From Eledone cirrhosa (lineage: Eukaryota): a stretch of DNA of 16,809 bases. The position numbers were made by a program, and so were the translations under genes. The stretch spans positions 1 to 16,809 of the forward strand of contig CAXHJY010001079.1 in the NCBI GenBank assembly GCA_964016885.1, given 5' to 3'. Below, in pieces: positions 1 to 11,408 of this stretch (the first letter of the stretch is position 1; every line of letters begins with the position of its first letter). The notes beneath the pieces are model-generated. The model was not told the DNA's origin. It worked only from the letters and a program-made list of their open reading frames with translations, and searched no databases.

Positions 1-2190
<2,190 letters not shown>

Positions 2191-2258
2191 TTTAATATAG
2201 AAATGGAGTCTACAGGAGTAGAACTGTTTCATTCGAAGGAAAAACATCAGGAAAAGCC
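2191..2258 (-). ncRNA. Degenerate type I hammerhead, family A (same family as 16145-16305)
   Basis: Minus strand reads uc-CUGAUGU-uu-uuc-cuuc-gaa-u-GAAA-cag-uucuacuc-cug-UA-ga...uucuauAUUAAA. A9 is changed to U and stem I has only 2 bp, so probably inactive. Abuts the long TA tract. Confidence 0.7.
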
Positions 2259-2404
2259 TACTGTCATTATGATATGGTGATACATATACGTTTTCTGGTG
2301 GTAGGGCAAGGTGGTGATTGGGGTGGGTGGAGGTTATTGGCCAAGGTATTTTAAGATCAGGGATTCTTTGAAAAAATTATATTTAGAGAAATGTACACAG
2401 AAAT

Positions 2405-2408
<4 letters not shown>

Positions 2409-2456
<48 letters not shown>
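2409..2456. repeat. (TA)n microsatellite
   Basis: Pure TA run. Confidence 0.95.
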
Positions 2457-2459
<3 letters not shown>

Positions 2460-2460
2460 T

Positions 2461-2642
2461 TAATAATAAATTTGAAGACTAAAATCCAAAGAGGGCTCGA
2501 TAAGGATAAATATATATCAAATATATAAGAACCGTAGAGCAAATATTTATTAACAGATTGACTTTGTTAGTTTCAGAAGATCCCGTTAAGGGTGAAAGCA
2601 GCGATTCTTTGCTTAAACTTTAATCTGTTATTTTAATAAATA
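2461..2642 (+). mobile_element. TA-flanked fold-back element (family B) carrying a hammerhead core
   Basis: 2461-2553 is the reverse complement of 7052-7144 (4 mismatches in 93 by eye). 2603-2642 is a direct copy of 7022-7061. (TA)n lies on both sides. Confidence 0.75.
2552..2629 (+). ncRNA. Type I hammerhead fold with U4A core variant
   Basis: aacagauuga-cuuuguu-aguuu-CAGAAGA(2574-2580)-u-ccc-guuaa-ggg-u-GAAA(2594-2597)-gca-gcgauucuu-ugc-UU^-aaacu-uuaaucuguu. All three stems pair; predicted site after 2614. Confidence 0.65.
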
Positions 2643-2656
2643 TATATATATATGTA

Positions 2657-2693
2657 CTAGCAGAAAAACCATCCCAGGGTGGTTTTCTGCTAG
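2657..2693. repeat. 37-bp hairpin bounded by CTAG at both ends
   Basis: ctagcagaaaaaccatcc pairs with gggtggttttctgctag (one bulged A, one G-T pair). Confidence 0.8.
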
Positions 2694-3045
2694 CATGTGT
2701 AGTGTGTATATTGATATTATATGCGGTATATATACATGTAGATATGATACATCAAATGAAATCGTAATTGACAATATCCACAGAAATTGAACGAAGACTG
2801 CGTTACACTGTCTTATGTAATCAGTAACGTAATCCATGATACATTAAAAAAGACGATATTATATATAAACTGCATTAGGAGAAAATTAGTGACAGAAAAT
2901 TACTATGTTTATTTAATAGAGGGCCAACAGGAAGTGTTGACATTTCAGAAATTTTAAAGAAGTGAATCTTTAAATAAACAAAATATATTTAATCAACAGC
3001 CACGAAATTTAGTAGATAAATTATGTAATATTCATTCATTATTTA

Positions 3046-3160
3046 TTCAAATCCCGCCGAGGTTAATTTTGCCTTTCATCCTTACGGGGTCGATAAAATA
3101 AAGTACCAGTAATACACTGGGTAATTGGTGGCCTTGTACCAAAAATAGAAACAATTATTA
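3046..3160 (+). mobile_element. tRNA-derived SINE, 5'-truncated
   Basis: Starts in the B box (ttcaaatccc), contains gcctttcatccttacggggtcgataaaataaagtaccag, ends agaaacaattatta. Matches the full copies at 7149 and 14820. Confidence 0.9.
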
Positions 3161-3200
3161 TGCCCACTACTATGTCCACTGTTATGTCCAATACTATGTC
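3159..3200. repeat. Short tandem repeat, ~12-bp unit (tatgtccactac), about 3.5 copies
   Basis: tatgcccactac tatgtccactgt tatgtccaatac tatgtcc directly after the SINE tail. Confidence 0.75.
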
Positions 3201-3374
3201 CGTTAGAAATTCTATCGACAGAAATATTTGATATAGGGACTGTCATGTCAGCTATTGACTCATCAAATAAGATTTCTTCCGCGACAATCTTTATTTGAAG
3301 TTACGTTGATGTTGAAGATGTCTTTTACTCGCTAACTCTCTGTAAAATGCAATGTTCTTTATAATCATTGTTTC

Positions 3375-3377
<3 letters not shown>

Positions 3378-3469
<92 letters not shown>
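3378..3469. repeat. Compound (CA)n(TA)n microsatellite
   Basis: Direct reading; explains ORF 3291-3509. Confidence 0.97.
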
Positions 3470-3470
<1 letters not shown>

Positions 3471-3471
<1 letters not shown>

Positions 3472-3525
3472 GTTAGAACACGAAAAGTGTGAAACAACAG
3501 AATGTTCACTTTTCGTGTTCTAACA
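3471..3525. repeat. Perfect 19-bp inverted repeat with 17-nt spacer; the spacer resembles a hammerhead 3' half
   Basis: tgttagaacacgaaaagtg (3471-3489) pairs with cacttttcgtgttctaaca (3507-3525). Spacer is t-GAAA-ca-acagaa-tg-TT. The hairpin is certain; the HHR origin is inference. Confidence 0.8.
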
Positions 3526-4067
3526 TATATGCGTAGCTTCTTAAAAAATTTTTCGGGGATAGCCGTGGTGGTGGTGATCGTATGTCATTGGCTAATTTTC
3601 AACCAATCAGAGTACCTCTCTCTATATCTCTTCCACTGTTACTTACGCCTGTTTCTCTCTATCTGTTCCGTCTCTATATATATCTCTTACTCTTTCGCTT
3701 TGCACTCCTCCCCTTCAATACCATCTCTCCCCCTCTCTATATATTTGTTACTCTATCGCTGCACGCTCCTCTCCTTCAATATATCAATTACACACGCTTT
3801 ACACTCCTTTATCCCCAGCGCCCCTATATATACACGCCCCCCCTCTCCCGCATCTATATTTTAATGTACCGTTGCACGTGAATATATGTGTCTATATATA
3901 TATACATATATATTGTATATACACATTCATGTATGTGTATACACACTCATGTATGTATATACACTGGTTTTATGTGTGTATTGTAAATTTGTACTGTTAA
4001 AACACGAAACTAACATTCGATTGACACTTTGATTACCTGTACAGGCAATAGTTATTAGAATGCTGTT

Positions 4068-4101
4068 GAAGTGTGTATATATTTTTGGGGGACATCCTGT
4101 A
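4068..4101 (-). mobile_element. Tc1/mariner-type terminal inverted repeat remnant
   Basis: Minus strand TA|CAGGATGTCCCCCAAAAATATATACACACTTC resembles TA|CAGGGTGTCCC-type Tc1/mariner ends. No clear partner TIR found. Confidence 0.45.
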
Positions 4102-4210
4102 TATACACACATTATATATAATACAATAAACAGATAAATACACACATATATATATGAGCTTATTTAATTATAAATATTGTGAATTTTTAACTCAGTTCAA
4201 TTATATATAT

Positions 4211-4258
4211 AAATGGTTTCTACAGGACTAGAACTGTTTCATTCGAAAGAAATCATCA
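4211..4258 (-). ncRNA. Truncated hammerhead, family A
   Basis: Minus strand AUGAUGA-u-uuc-uuuc-gaa-u-GAAA-cag-uucuaguc-cug-UA-gaaacc. C3 and the 5' strand of stem I are lost. Adjacent to a short TA run. Confidence 0.7.
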
Positions 4259-4366
4259 TAATATTGAGAGGGGGGGACTAGATAAAATATTTCAAATCAA
4301 ATGTGTATAAGTTATAAGTTAAAATGTATAAATAGAGACGATAGTGGAGGTATATCTGTTTAGTGG

Positions 4367-4435
4367 AACAGTAGACGATAGAATTAAATACAGACGATAA
4401 TCTCCCTTTAATGAAACAGCAGACGATAGAATTAA
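4367..4435. repeat. Local direct duplication aacagYagacgatagaattaa (2 copies)
   Basis: Copies at about 4367-4388 and 4415-4435; the agacgata core occurs four times between 4336 and 4428. Confidence 0.7.
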
Positions 4436-4462
4436 GGCAATTTAAATTTTAAGCATTTGCAT

Positions 4463-4515
4463 TTTTGCCTTTCATCGTTACGGGGTCGATAAAATAAAGT
4501 ACCAGTAATACACTG
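4463..4515 (+). mobile_element. SINE internal fragment
   Basis: ttttgcctttcatcgttacggggtcgataaaataaagtaccagtaatacactg. Confidence 0.85.
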
Positions 4516-4875
4516 TCACTAGACGACTTTCAAATTGAATTGTTGGTTCCATTTCTTTAGTATTTTCAATTGTAGTTATCTACTTAAAAAGCGTTACACG
4601 GTTAGAGACATAATTCGTAAGTTATATCTTCCCTATTAAACCATTGCATTATTTCGCCTACAATAGAACAAAAATGAAATGTTCTTTAAAGAAACAGGAA
4701 TATAACTTTATAAAAAAAAAAGTTGCATCCGCTTCTTTTATCATTGATAATTTTTTCGTTTTAATATTAATTGTTTTTTGTAGTTGTTTATATTAAAAAT
4801 CTTACTGTAATATTTACTTAAACGAAGGCAAACATCTAAACTTATAGATTAATCTTGAGCGAAGGACTAGATAAA

Positions 4876-4876
<1 letters not shown>

Positions 4877-4925
<49 letters not shown>
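4877..4925. repeat. (TC)n(TA)n microsatellite
   Basis: Direct reading. Confidence 0.95.
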
Positions 4926-4928
<3 letters not shown>

Positions 4929-5044
4929 GAAGAATGATAAAATTTCAAGCAAAGAGTTTAATTAGGTATATTTTGTAATATTATTAACTAATTATTATAA
5001 TTAACGCGCATATTTTGCTATCCTCAAACACGTTTACACATGGC

Positions 5045-5225
5045 ATGAAATATAACTAATCCGAGATGGCTAGGTTTCATCTTCTAACTGGATATACGAA
5101 ATCCATTATGTCTTGACAACAACATGAGGTAACATTATGTTATTCACAGACACACTTTGTACACTGTTCCATATCAGAATGTATTTCCTTCGTCACATTC
5201 ACAAACAGTATTGAAAATATGTTCT
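5045..5225 (+). pseudogene. Possible decayed Tc1/mariner-like transposase N-terminal (DUF4817-like HTH) fragment
   Basis: Broken peptides MKYN*SEMARFHLLTG and YQNVFPSSHS loosely recall YSNxExADMHLxYG...LYxExFP. Weak, from memory only. Confidence 0.2.
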
Positions 5226-5319
5226 TCGGCAAATAAAAATGTTTTGTTCATAATATTTCAACTAGCGATTGCTCTACTCCACGCACGACCACCATAAATT
5301 AATGACCAGCTCAACACAA

Positions 5320-5492
5320 GTATTGGTAGAGCGTCAGACACCATGCTTTGCAGTATTGTTATGGTCCTTTGCATTCTAAGTTCAAATCCTGCCGAGGTTA
5401 ACTTCGACTTTCATACTTACTAATTCGATAAAATAAAGTACCAGTAATGGACTGCCGTAATGGATTTGTGCCGAAAAATAGAAACACTATTA
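5320..5492 (+). mobile_element. Diverged near-full-length SINE copy
   Basis: gtattggtagagcgtcagac...gttcaaatcctgccgaggttaac...gataaaataaagtaccagtaat...tagaaacactatta. Confidence 0.88.
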
Positions 5493-6042
5493 ATGTGCAA
5501 TAAGAGCAAAATATAACGACATTGCTCAATTATTTTATCTAATGTTGTAATAACACAAGGAAATGTTGTTTGTGTATTTTTTTTTATATTTGCTCATAGG
5601 CTTTTACAATTTCGCTCAGCCAACAACTATTAAAAAGTGAGTTGCTTAAGATAACAATTTAATCACAAATTGTTGCTATCTTTTAATACACTCCAACAAG
5701 TCATCAAATTATGTACAATAAAAACAAATCTTATTAATTTGCTCAGGGAATATAAAGAAAATGTATATACACTGATAATTGCAATTGTATGTAAATATTT
5801 TGTTTTTGTATTGTATATTTTATGTTTTCTATTATGTATAATATATTGATTTAATATTGATTGTTTTTTGTAGTTGTTTATATTAAAAGTCTGAAAATAT
5901 TTTTATACATCTTACACTAATATTTATAAGATAATTTATAATAACAATTACATAATCTAATTACATTACAACGATAATTTATTATTAATATATATCCTGT
6001 TTAACTAGAGTTATTACAAGCGTTGCCTTAAAAAAATATTAA

Positions 6043-6999
6043 ACTAGACATGAAAAATGCGCAAGCTCAAAAGTGCCACAGAATGTTATAATAAACCTTC
6101 AAAAGTGTGGGACTAGAGTTGTTGCTAAAAAATATTGTAATCATTATATATCGTACATTCTGTGGCATCCTTTATAAAAATAGCTTAAACCAACGAAGCC
6201 TTTATTTTTACGCTATTTCACTTAGTTAATTCTTAGAGTGTAACATATAAAAATAAATACATCTATGTTTAATGTAATAACAGCTATAAATAATTACGTA
6301 ATATTATTATCATATACTCATAGTAACAAAATAATTGTGTTGAAACTTAATATGATGCTTATATGAACGATCAAATCTATAATGATAATTTCTTAAATAT
6401 ACTAATAGTAAAATAATTTAGTTATCTATTGTTACATTTTCATAGAACTATAATATTAACAATCGTATTGCATTATCAAATTTTTATCACTACAAACTTT
6501 CATATTGGAATTACCTTAAGCCACTTATTATTACTTCGCTTTCGTACTTTTACAGCTGTAGATATTGCGCTGTATCTTATATCTAATATCAATATCTCGT
6601 GGTAATTTGCATGAAGTGTAAAATAGGTTTATTAATAACTTTAATATGAAATGTATTATACAGGGCTGCGGAGTCGGCCAAAAATTGACTGGCTCCGACT
6701 CAGGATCCGATACTCCATTATTTCCTAAATTTCAGCTCCGCAGCTCTGTTATTATATTAATTAATTTATTTTATAGTTGTAAATGATATTTTTATATGTT
6801 ACACTCTAAGAATTAACTAAGTGAAATAGCGTAAAAATAAAGGCTTCGTTGGTTTAAGCTATTTTTATAAAGGATGCCACAGAATGTACGATATATAATG
6901 ATTACAATATTTTTTAGCAACAACTCTAGTCCCACACTTTTGAAGGTTTATTATAACATTCTGTGGCACTTTTGAGCTTGCGCATTTTTCATGTCTAGT
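6043..6999. repeat. 957-bp fold-back: 213-bp inverted arms (6043-6255 and 6787-6999) with a 531-bp spacer
   Basis: The arms read as exact reverse complements by eye (actagacatg...taacatataaaaata / tatttttatatgtta...catgtctagt). Each arm has an internal 13-bp inverted repeat (6074-6086 with 6155-6167). Confidence 0.95.
6661..6748. mobile_element. 88-bp hAT-type MITE
   Basis: TIRs cagggctgcggag / ctccgcagctctg (12 of 13 match). 8-bp flanks gtattata and ttattata (7 of 8) fit a hAT target-site duplication. Confidence 0.8.
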
Positions 7000-7008
7000 A
7001 TATATATA

Positions 7009-7147
7009 TATTAAAATAACAGATTCTTTGCTTAAACTTTAATCTGATATTTTAATAAATATTTGCTCTAGGGTTTTTATATATTTGATATATATTTATC
7101 CTTATCGAGCCCTCTTTAGATTTTAGTCTTCACATTTATTATTATTA
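7009..7147 (+). mobile_element. Second family B copy lacking the hammerhead core
   Basis: attaaaataacagatt joins directly to ctttgcttaaactttaatctg. Relative to 2552-2629 the segment between two GATT words is absent. Continues through AATAAA into the 93-bp arm. Confidence 0.78.
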
Positions 7148-7148
7148 T

Positions 7149-7334
7149 GGTGGATTGGCAGTATCGGTAGAGGGTCGGACGCCATGCTTTGACGCATAGA
7201 GTTACGGCCCTTGCCATTCTGAGTTCAAATCCCGCCGAGGTTAACTTTGCCTTTCATCCTTACGGGGTCGATAAAATAAAGTACCAGTAATACACTGGGT
7301 AATTACTGGCCTTGTACCAAAAGTAGAAACAATT
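7149..7334 (+). mobile_element. Full-length tRNA-derived SINE, subtype A
   Basis: A-box-like tggcagtatcgg, B box gagttcaaatccc, central gcctttcatccttacggggtcgataaaataaagtaccag, 3' end agaaacaatt. Confidence 0.93.
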
Positions 7335-7520
7335 GGTGGATTGGCAGTATCGGTAGAGGGTCGGCCGCCATGCTTTCCAGCATAGTTACGTCCCTTTACG
7401 ATCTGAGTTCAAATCCCACCGAGGTTGACTTTGCCTTTCATCCTTACTGGGTCGATAAAATAAAGTACCAGTAATGTACTGGGTAATTGCTGGCCTTGTG
7501 CCTAAAGTAGAAACAATTAT
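7335..7520 (+). mobile_element. Full-length SINE, subtype B, directly abutting the previous copy
   Basis: Same architecture; diagnostic ctttccagcatagttacgtcccttta and cccaccgagg. Confidence 0.93.
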
Positions 7521-7530
7521 ATATATATAT

Positions 7531-7655
7531 ATAGTTATGGCCCTTTATGATCTGAGTTCAAATCCCGCCGAGGTTAACCTTGCCTTTCATCCTTACGGGG
7601 TCGATAAAATAAAGTAACAGTAATATACTGGGATAATTGCTGGCCTTGTGCCAAA
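7531..7655 (+). mobile_element. Third tandem SINE copy, 5'-truncated
   Basis: atagttatggccctttatgatctgagttcaaatccc...ggccttgtgccaaa, between short TA runs. Confidence 0.9.
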
Positions 7656-7749
7656 TATATATATATACATGAAGTATTTCCGTAGAAAGGGTAAGGGAAG
7701 GGAGAGTGCTCTATTATTTTAAGAGCTATTTAATTATGTAATCAACAAC

Positions 7750-7903
7750 ACAATACAATTATTCCATTTACCAAAGGTTTCACGTAGACAGGCAAGCTCA
7801 ATAGAGAGGTCTGAAATTGTTCATCAGAAAGGAAAATTTCAGACGTTTCTATTGAGCTCGCCTCTCTTCGTGAAACCTATGGTAAATGGAATAATTGTAT
7901 TGT
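7750..7903. repeat. 69-bp inverted repeat with 16-nt spacer; arms and spacer contain hammerhead relics
   Basis: 7750-7818 versus 7835-7903, 6 mismatches by eye. Minus strand 7875-7837 reads uuuca-C(-)GAAGA-gag-gcgag-cuc-aaua-GAAA-cg-UC-ugaaa, followed by CUGAUGA at 7827-7821. Confidence 0.85.
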
Positions 7904-7912
7904 TGTTTATTA

Positions 7913-7923
7913 TACACACACAC

Positions 7924-7961
<38 letters not shown>
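7913..7961. repeat. (CA)n/(GA)n microsatellite
   Basis: Direct reading. Confidence 0.95.
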
Positions 7962-7963
<2 letters not shown>

Positions 7964-8354
7964 TATATTTAATTTGTTGGGATACAACAAGCAAAATATT
8001 CCAACCAGAATGGTTGCATTTTTTCAGGGTATGTCAATATTTATTTATAAAACTAACCTATATTATATTTTATATGATGAAAGCGCACCATAGTTTGCCT
8101 TGGTGGCCCTTGAAATATGTATAATGAAATAAATATGGTTTTATAAATATAGTTTCCATTTGTTAATATATTGTATATATATATATATATATGTGTGTTT
8201 AAGAGAAATAACAAAGACGACAAAACAAAGAACGAAGAACAATTTTTTTTAAGGGGAAATCTTTAAAGATTATTTTTTAAAATAAAAATTCAAACGACGG
8301 ACACAGAATTCCAGGGTCATCAACCCCTAAACATTAATTTATACCAATTAAGCT

Positions 8355-8430
<76 letters not shown>

Positions 8431-8457
8431 TTTAATCTATATATATATATATATATA
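8355..8457. repeat. (CA)n(TA)n microsatellite cluster
   Basis: Direct reading. Confidence 0.95.
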
Positions 8458-8695
8458 GTAAAAAATTGAACGGGAACAAAACAGAGAGGCAGTACGAACA
8501 AAGGTTTATTAGTTTCACGCTCTTGAGAGTGGGATGGTGGTGGGGAACGACGTTTCGGGCATATGCCCTTCTTCAGGTGAAAAATGTGTGGGAAGAGAGT
8601 TCCAAGGATGTGTAGGGGAGTGGTGGAGAGACATATAGAAAAAAGGGGGTGAGAGGAAACGGTACAAATGAAATTAAATATAAAAGCATAATAAA

Positions 8696-8700
<5 letters not shown>
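8458..8700 (-). mobile_element. Penelope pLTR-like unit (pyrimidine-rich leader, hammerhead, AATAAA) between two TA tracts
   Basis: Minus-strand order: C/T-rich segment, HHR 8580-8546, AATAAA (tttatt at 8505-8510), T-rich tail. Confidence 0.6.
8546..8580 (-). ncRNA. Minimal type I hammerhead motif, intact core
   Basis: ac-CUGAAGA-a-gggc-auau-gccc-GAAA-cg-UC^-gu. Perfect stem II, minimal palindromic stem III (ACGU), only 2 bp of stem I. Confidence 0.72.

Positions 8701-8750
<50 letters not shown>
8701..8750. repeat. (TA)25 microsatellite
   Basis: Pure TA run separating two divergent HHR-bearing units. Confidence 0.97.
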
Positions 8751-8751
<1 letters not shown>

Positions 8752-8890
8752 TCTTTTACATGTTCCAGCCATCCGGCTGAGGGTATGCTGGGGCACCGCA
8801 TATATTTATATATATATTTTTTATATCTAAAGACATTTTTTCCAATTCCGACCCGCCCGTCCCCTCAATCTATCTTATTTATCATTCTTT

Positions 8891-8932
8891 CTTCTGATGA
8901 AGGACTAGCGTCCGAAACGTTAGGACCCGTCT
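8891..8932 (+). ncRNA. Minimal type I hammerhead motif, intact core, weak stem I
   Basis: cuu-CUGAUGA(8894-8900)-a-ggac-uagc-gucc-GAAA(8914-8917)-cgu-UA^-gg, with palindromic AACGUU. Stem I has only G-U pairs. Lies in a pyrimidine-rich, TA-flanked unit (about 8751-9025). Confidence 0.65.
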
Positions 8933-9024
8933 CCCTGCTATCCTGCTATATCAAGCATAACCAAATATATCCCTTCCATATACTGTACCGATTGTGTTGT
9001 TATTTCTGTTTAACTTTTACACAC

Positions 9025-9057
<33 letters not shown>

Positions 9058-10057
9058 AATATATATGCGTACTACACTTTGATTGTAGGCAAAAGGCCGA
9101 GAAACGTGTCTGTATTTGTGTGTCAGAGCATGATTATGTGTGTATTTGTTATTTGTGTATGTGTGTATGTGTGCATGTGTCTACCCTACGATGATTTGCG
9201 TTTCTCTAACAATTACCTCCCCAATATCCATCATATCTATCATATAGTGTTATTGTCGATCAATTTTAAGAAACGCTTCTTCGTAATTAGATACACTGTC
9301 GAGGTGTAATGACCAACAAAAGAAGATATCCTAAACGTTTAACCAAATGAATAGATGTAAATCGAAATAATCGGTGTAATTTTCCAACACAAAAATTTCC
9401 CCAAATTGCAAAACTCCACCTCCATATTTTAAACTGATTATTATTAATATAAATATCGCGTTTAATATCTAAAAGTATTTGATGTAGCTCTTTCTTAAAT
9501 GAATAAATGTTGCCTAGCTAGGAAAATGTATTACTTGTTGTCGACCTGAATATCCATGGTTCATCATTTAAGCACATGAAATATTCTCAAGGCTTCATAT
9601 TACACTATTAATGTGTATAATGGAATATAATTATTACCTGATGACAAATGGGAGGTGAGTAATCCTGTCTGAAGAAGGTCAAGATATGAATGACTACTCG
9701 ATAAAATAAATTATACAGCCTTATGATAAATACCTAGATATTAAGTGAACGGCTTAAAGATACCCGAAAATAAACATCTTGTCATGATGGATGTGACGTA
9801 TGGAGTGTCTAAGAGGAGTAAAAAGCTGTTAAAGCAGATTTTCACAAATATGTGGTGCCTAATAGATTATAGAATCTATTTTGACTCATTTTATGTGACT
9901 GGTTATGTTCGATACCTTACAAATTAAATATGATGTGAGGGGGGGGGGGGGTTCGATCGACAAAATAGCTGGCTTCATTTGCTTATTTTATTGATAGGTG
10001 AGGGAGAGGCACAATAGTATCTTTAAAATGACATGTAACACATTGACACACGTTCAT

Positions 10058-10094
10058 AAAGTTAATTTCGGCAGGATTTGAACTCAGAACGCAA
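10058..10094 (-). mobile_element. SINE B-box fragment
   Basis: Reverse complement contains gcgttctgagttcaaatcctgccgaaattaacttt. Confidence 0.75.
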
Positions 10095-10797
10095 AAATAT
10101 ATACTACAAAGGTATTAAATGACTGTTAAGTTTCAGAAAGCCGGTTCAATGCAGTAGAAATATATAAAGGACAAAGGTGAGAAATAAAACGAAAGAAAAT
10201 AATGTTTTTTCTTACCCAATATAATTCAATATAATATTTCAGGGCTAAAACCCTCTTTTCAAATGTGAAACGAAAACGGTTCAAAACAAAATCTATACTA
10301 AACAGTATGATATCCTTAGCTAAAAAAATTCTATCAATTGGCTTTTAAAATCCCAAACGTGTACAAAAGCATCTAAATCAAAGTAAAGCTAAAGAATTGA
10401 GAAGTATTTGAAAATTAACCGGGATAAACTGGAACTACAATCAATTTTTAAATTGAAAATTAAAAATCCATCCTGTCGTTTTTGTTATGTTAGTATTACA
10501 GAAGGAGAAAAATACTTACTTTACTTTCTACTAATTAAAATGTCAGCAACTGCATTGTTCAGATTTATCGAAACTAATTAACGGAAAAATAGTTTGTTTG
10601 TTTGCTTGTTTGTTTTTTTGTTGTGTTTTTTGTGTTTGTTAGTTTATTTTCTTTGGCATACCTTGAAGGAACTAAAATTAGATTGCGTTGTCCGAGAGGA
10701 GAAAATATAAAAGAATAACGAATGCAAATTAATCCCGAACAAAGAGGTGGGTGTGTGTGTGTGTACATACTATATATATACATATATACATACTATA

Positions 10798-11408
10798 TAT
10801 ATGGTGGCTGCCAACTCGTTTTCGAGTACGGCCACTACTTTATATCCATGTAGGAGAACCCCTACCGATGCGCTGAACGAGTGTGACTTTTTAGTCCAAC
10901 CAGCGACTTGAAAACTCTGGTACAAACACTACACTTGTGACAATTATTGACACATAGTGCTGGGCACCATGGTACCATGTGACGACAAGTGCAGAGAGAT
11001 CTCCAGATATAAAGCAATGCTTGTACCGTGAAGCTTTTATAGTGAGCAAAGGCACTGCACAAAGCCAGTCCCACTCTCTTAACCAAGATGATATTTACCA
11101 AAAAGAAGAACAAGTCAACATCATTGGATACCATCAGGGTTGCAGGTGTTACATCAGAGTTTTCCTTTTCCTAGAATTCTGCCTTGACAAAGGCTAAGGG
11201 GTCATCTCTCCCGGTGATTTTGGATGGCCATTGACTCTTAAGAGCTCCTTTGCCCTTTGACAGGTTTTGTTTTTAGTCCTGCAGGATGTCCAAAGTCACC
11301 CTCCTCACCAAGAAACCTTGGTGGGGTTTCATATTACTCACTCGACTACCCCAAGTACCGAGTATTGTGATGAGTCGTGGTCTAACTGGCTTTTACCGCT
11401 TCCGTCGT

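Larger units (their letters stand above)
4761..5888. repeat. 38-bp dispersed direct repeat pair (4761-4798 and 5851-5888)
   Basis: ttaatattRattgttttttgtagttgtttatattaaaa at both sites, with weaker similarity just downstream. Confidence 0.75.

Noticed and set aside
3502-3881. ORFs of 120 and 99 aa
   Set aside because: Low-complexity C/T-rich sequence with no domain signal; probably repeat-derived, and no HHR core was found in it.
7149-7655. Tandem ~186-bp units as tRNA genes or a CRISPR-like array
   Set aside because: They have A/B boxes but no cloverleaf, continue into a SINE body and tail, and have no unique spacers.
8250-8330. Minus-strand agggg-TTGATGA ... aatctttaaagatt-TC-ccctt as a hammerhead
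   Set aside because: C3 is altered, GAAA is absent and stem II is not well defined; too many departures to support.
8427-9309. ORFs of 124 and 174 aa
   Set aside because: They cross TA tracts and pLTR-like HHR units and show no recognisable protein motif.
9634-9720. CTGATGA (9638) and CTGAAGA-ggtca/tgact (9669) as hammerheads
   Set aside because: No GAAA follows stem II and stem III is unconvincing; at best a relic.
10862-11134. Host C2H2 zinc-finger gene exon
   Set aside because: Single finger with no TGEKP linker, directly followed by a stop and a retroelement-like 3' stem-loop and tail.
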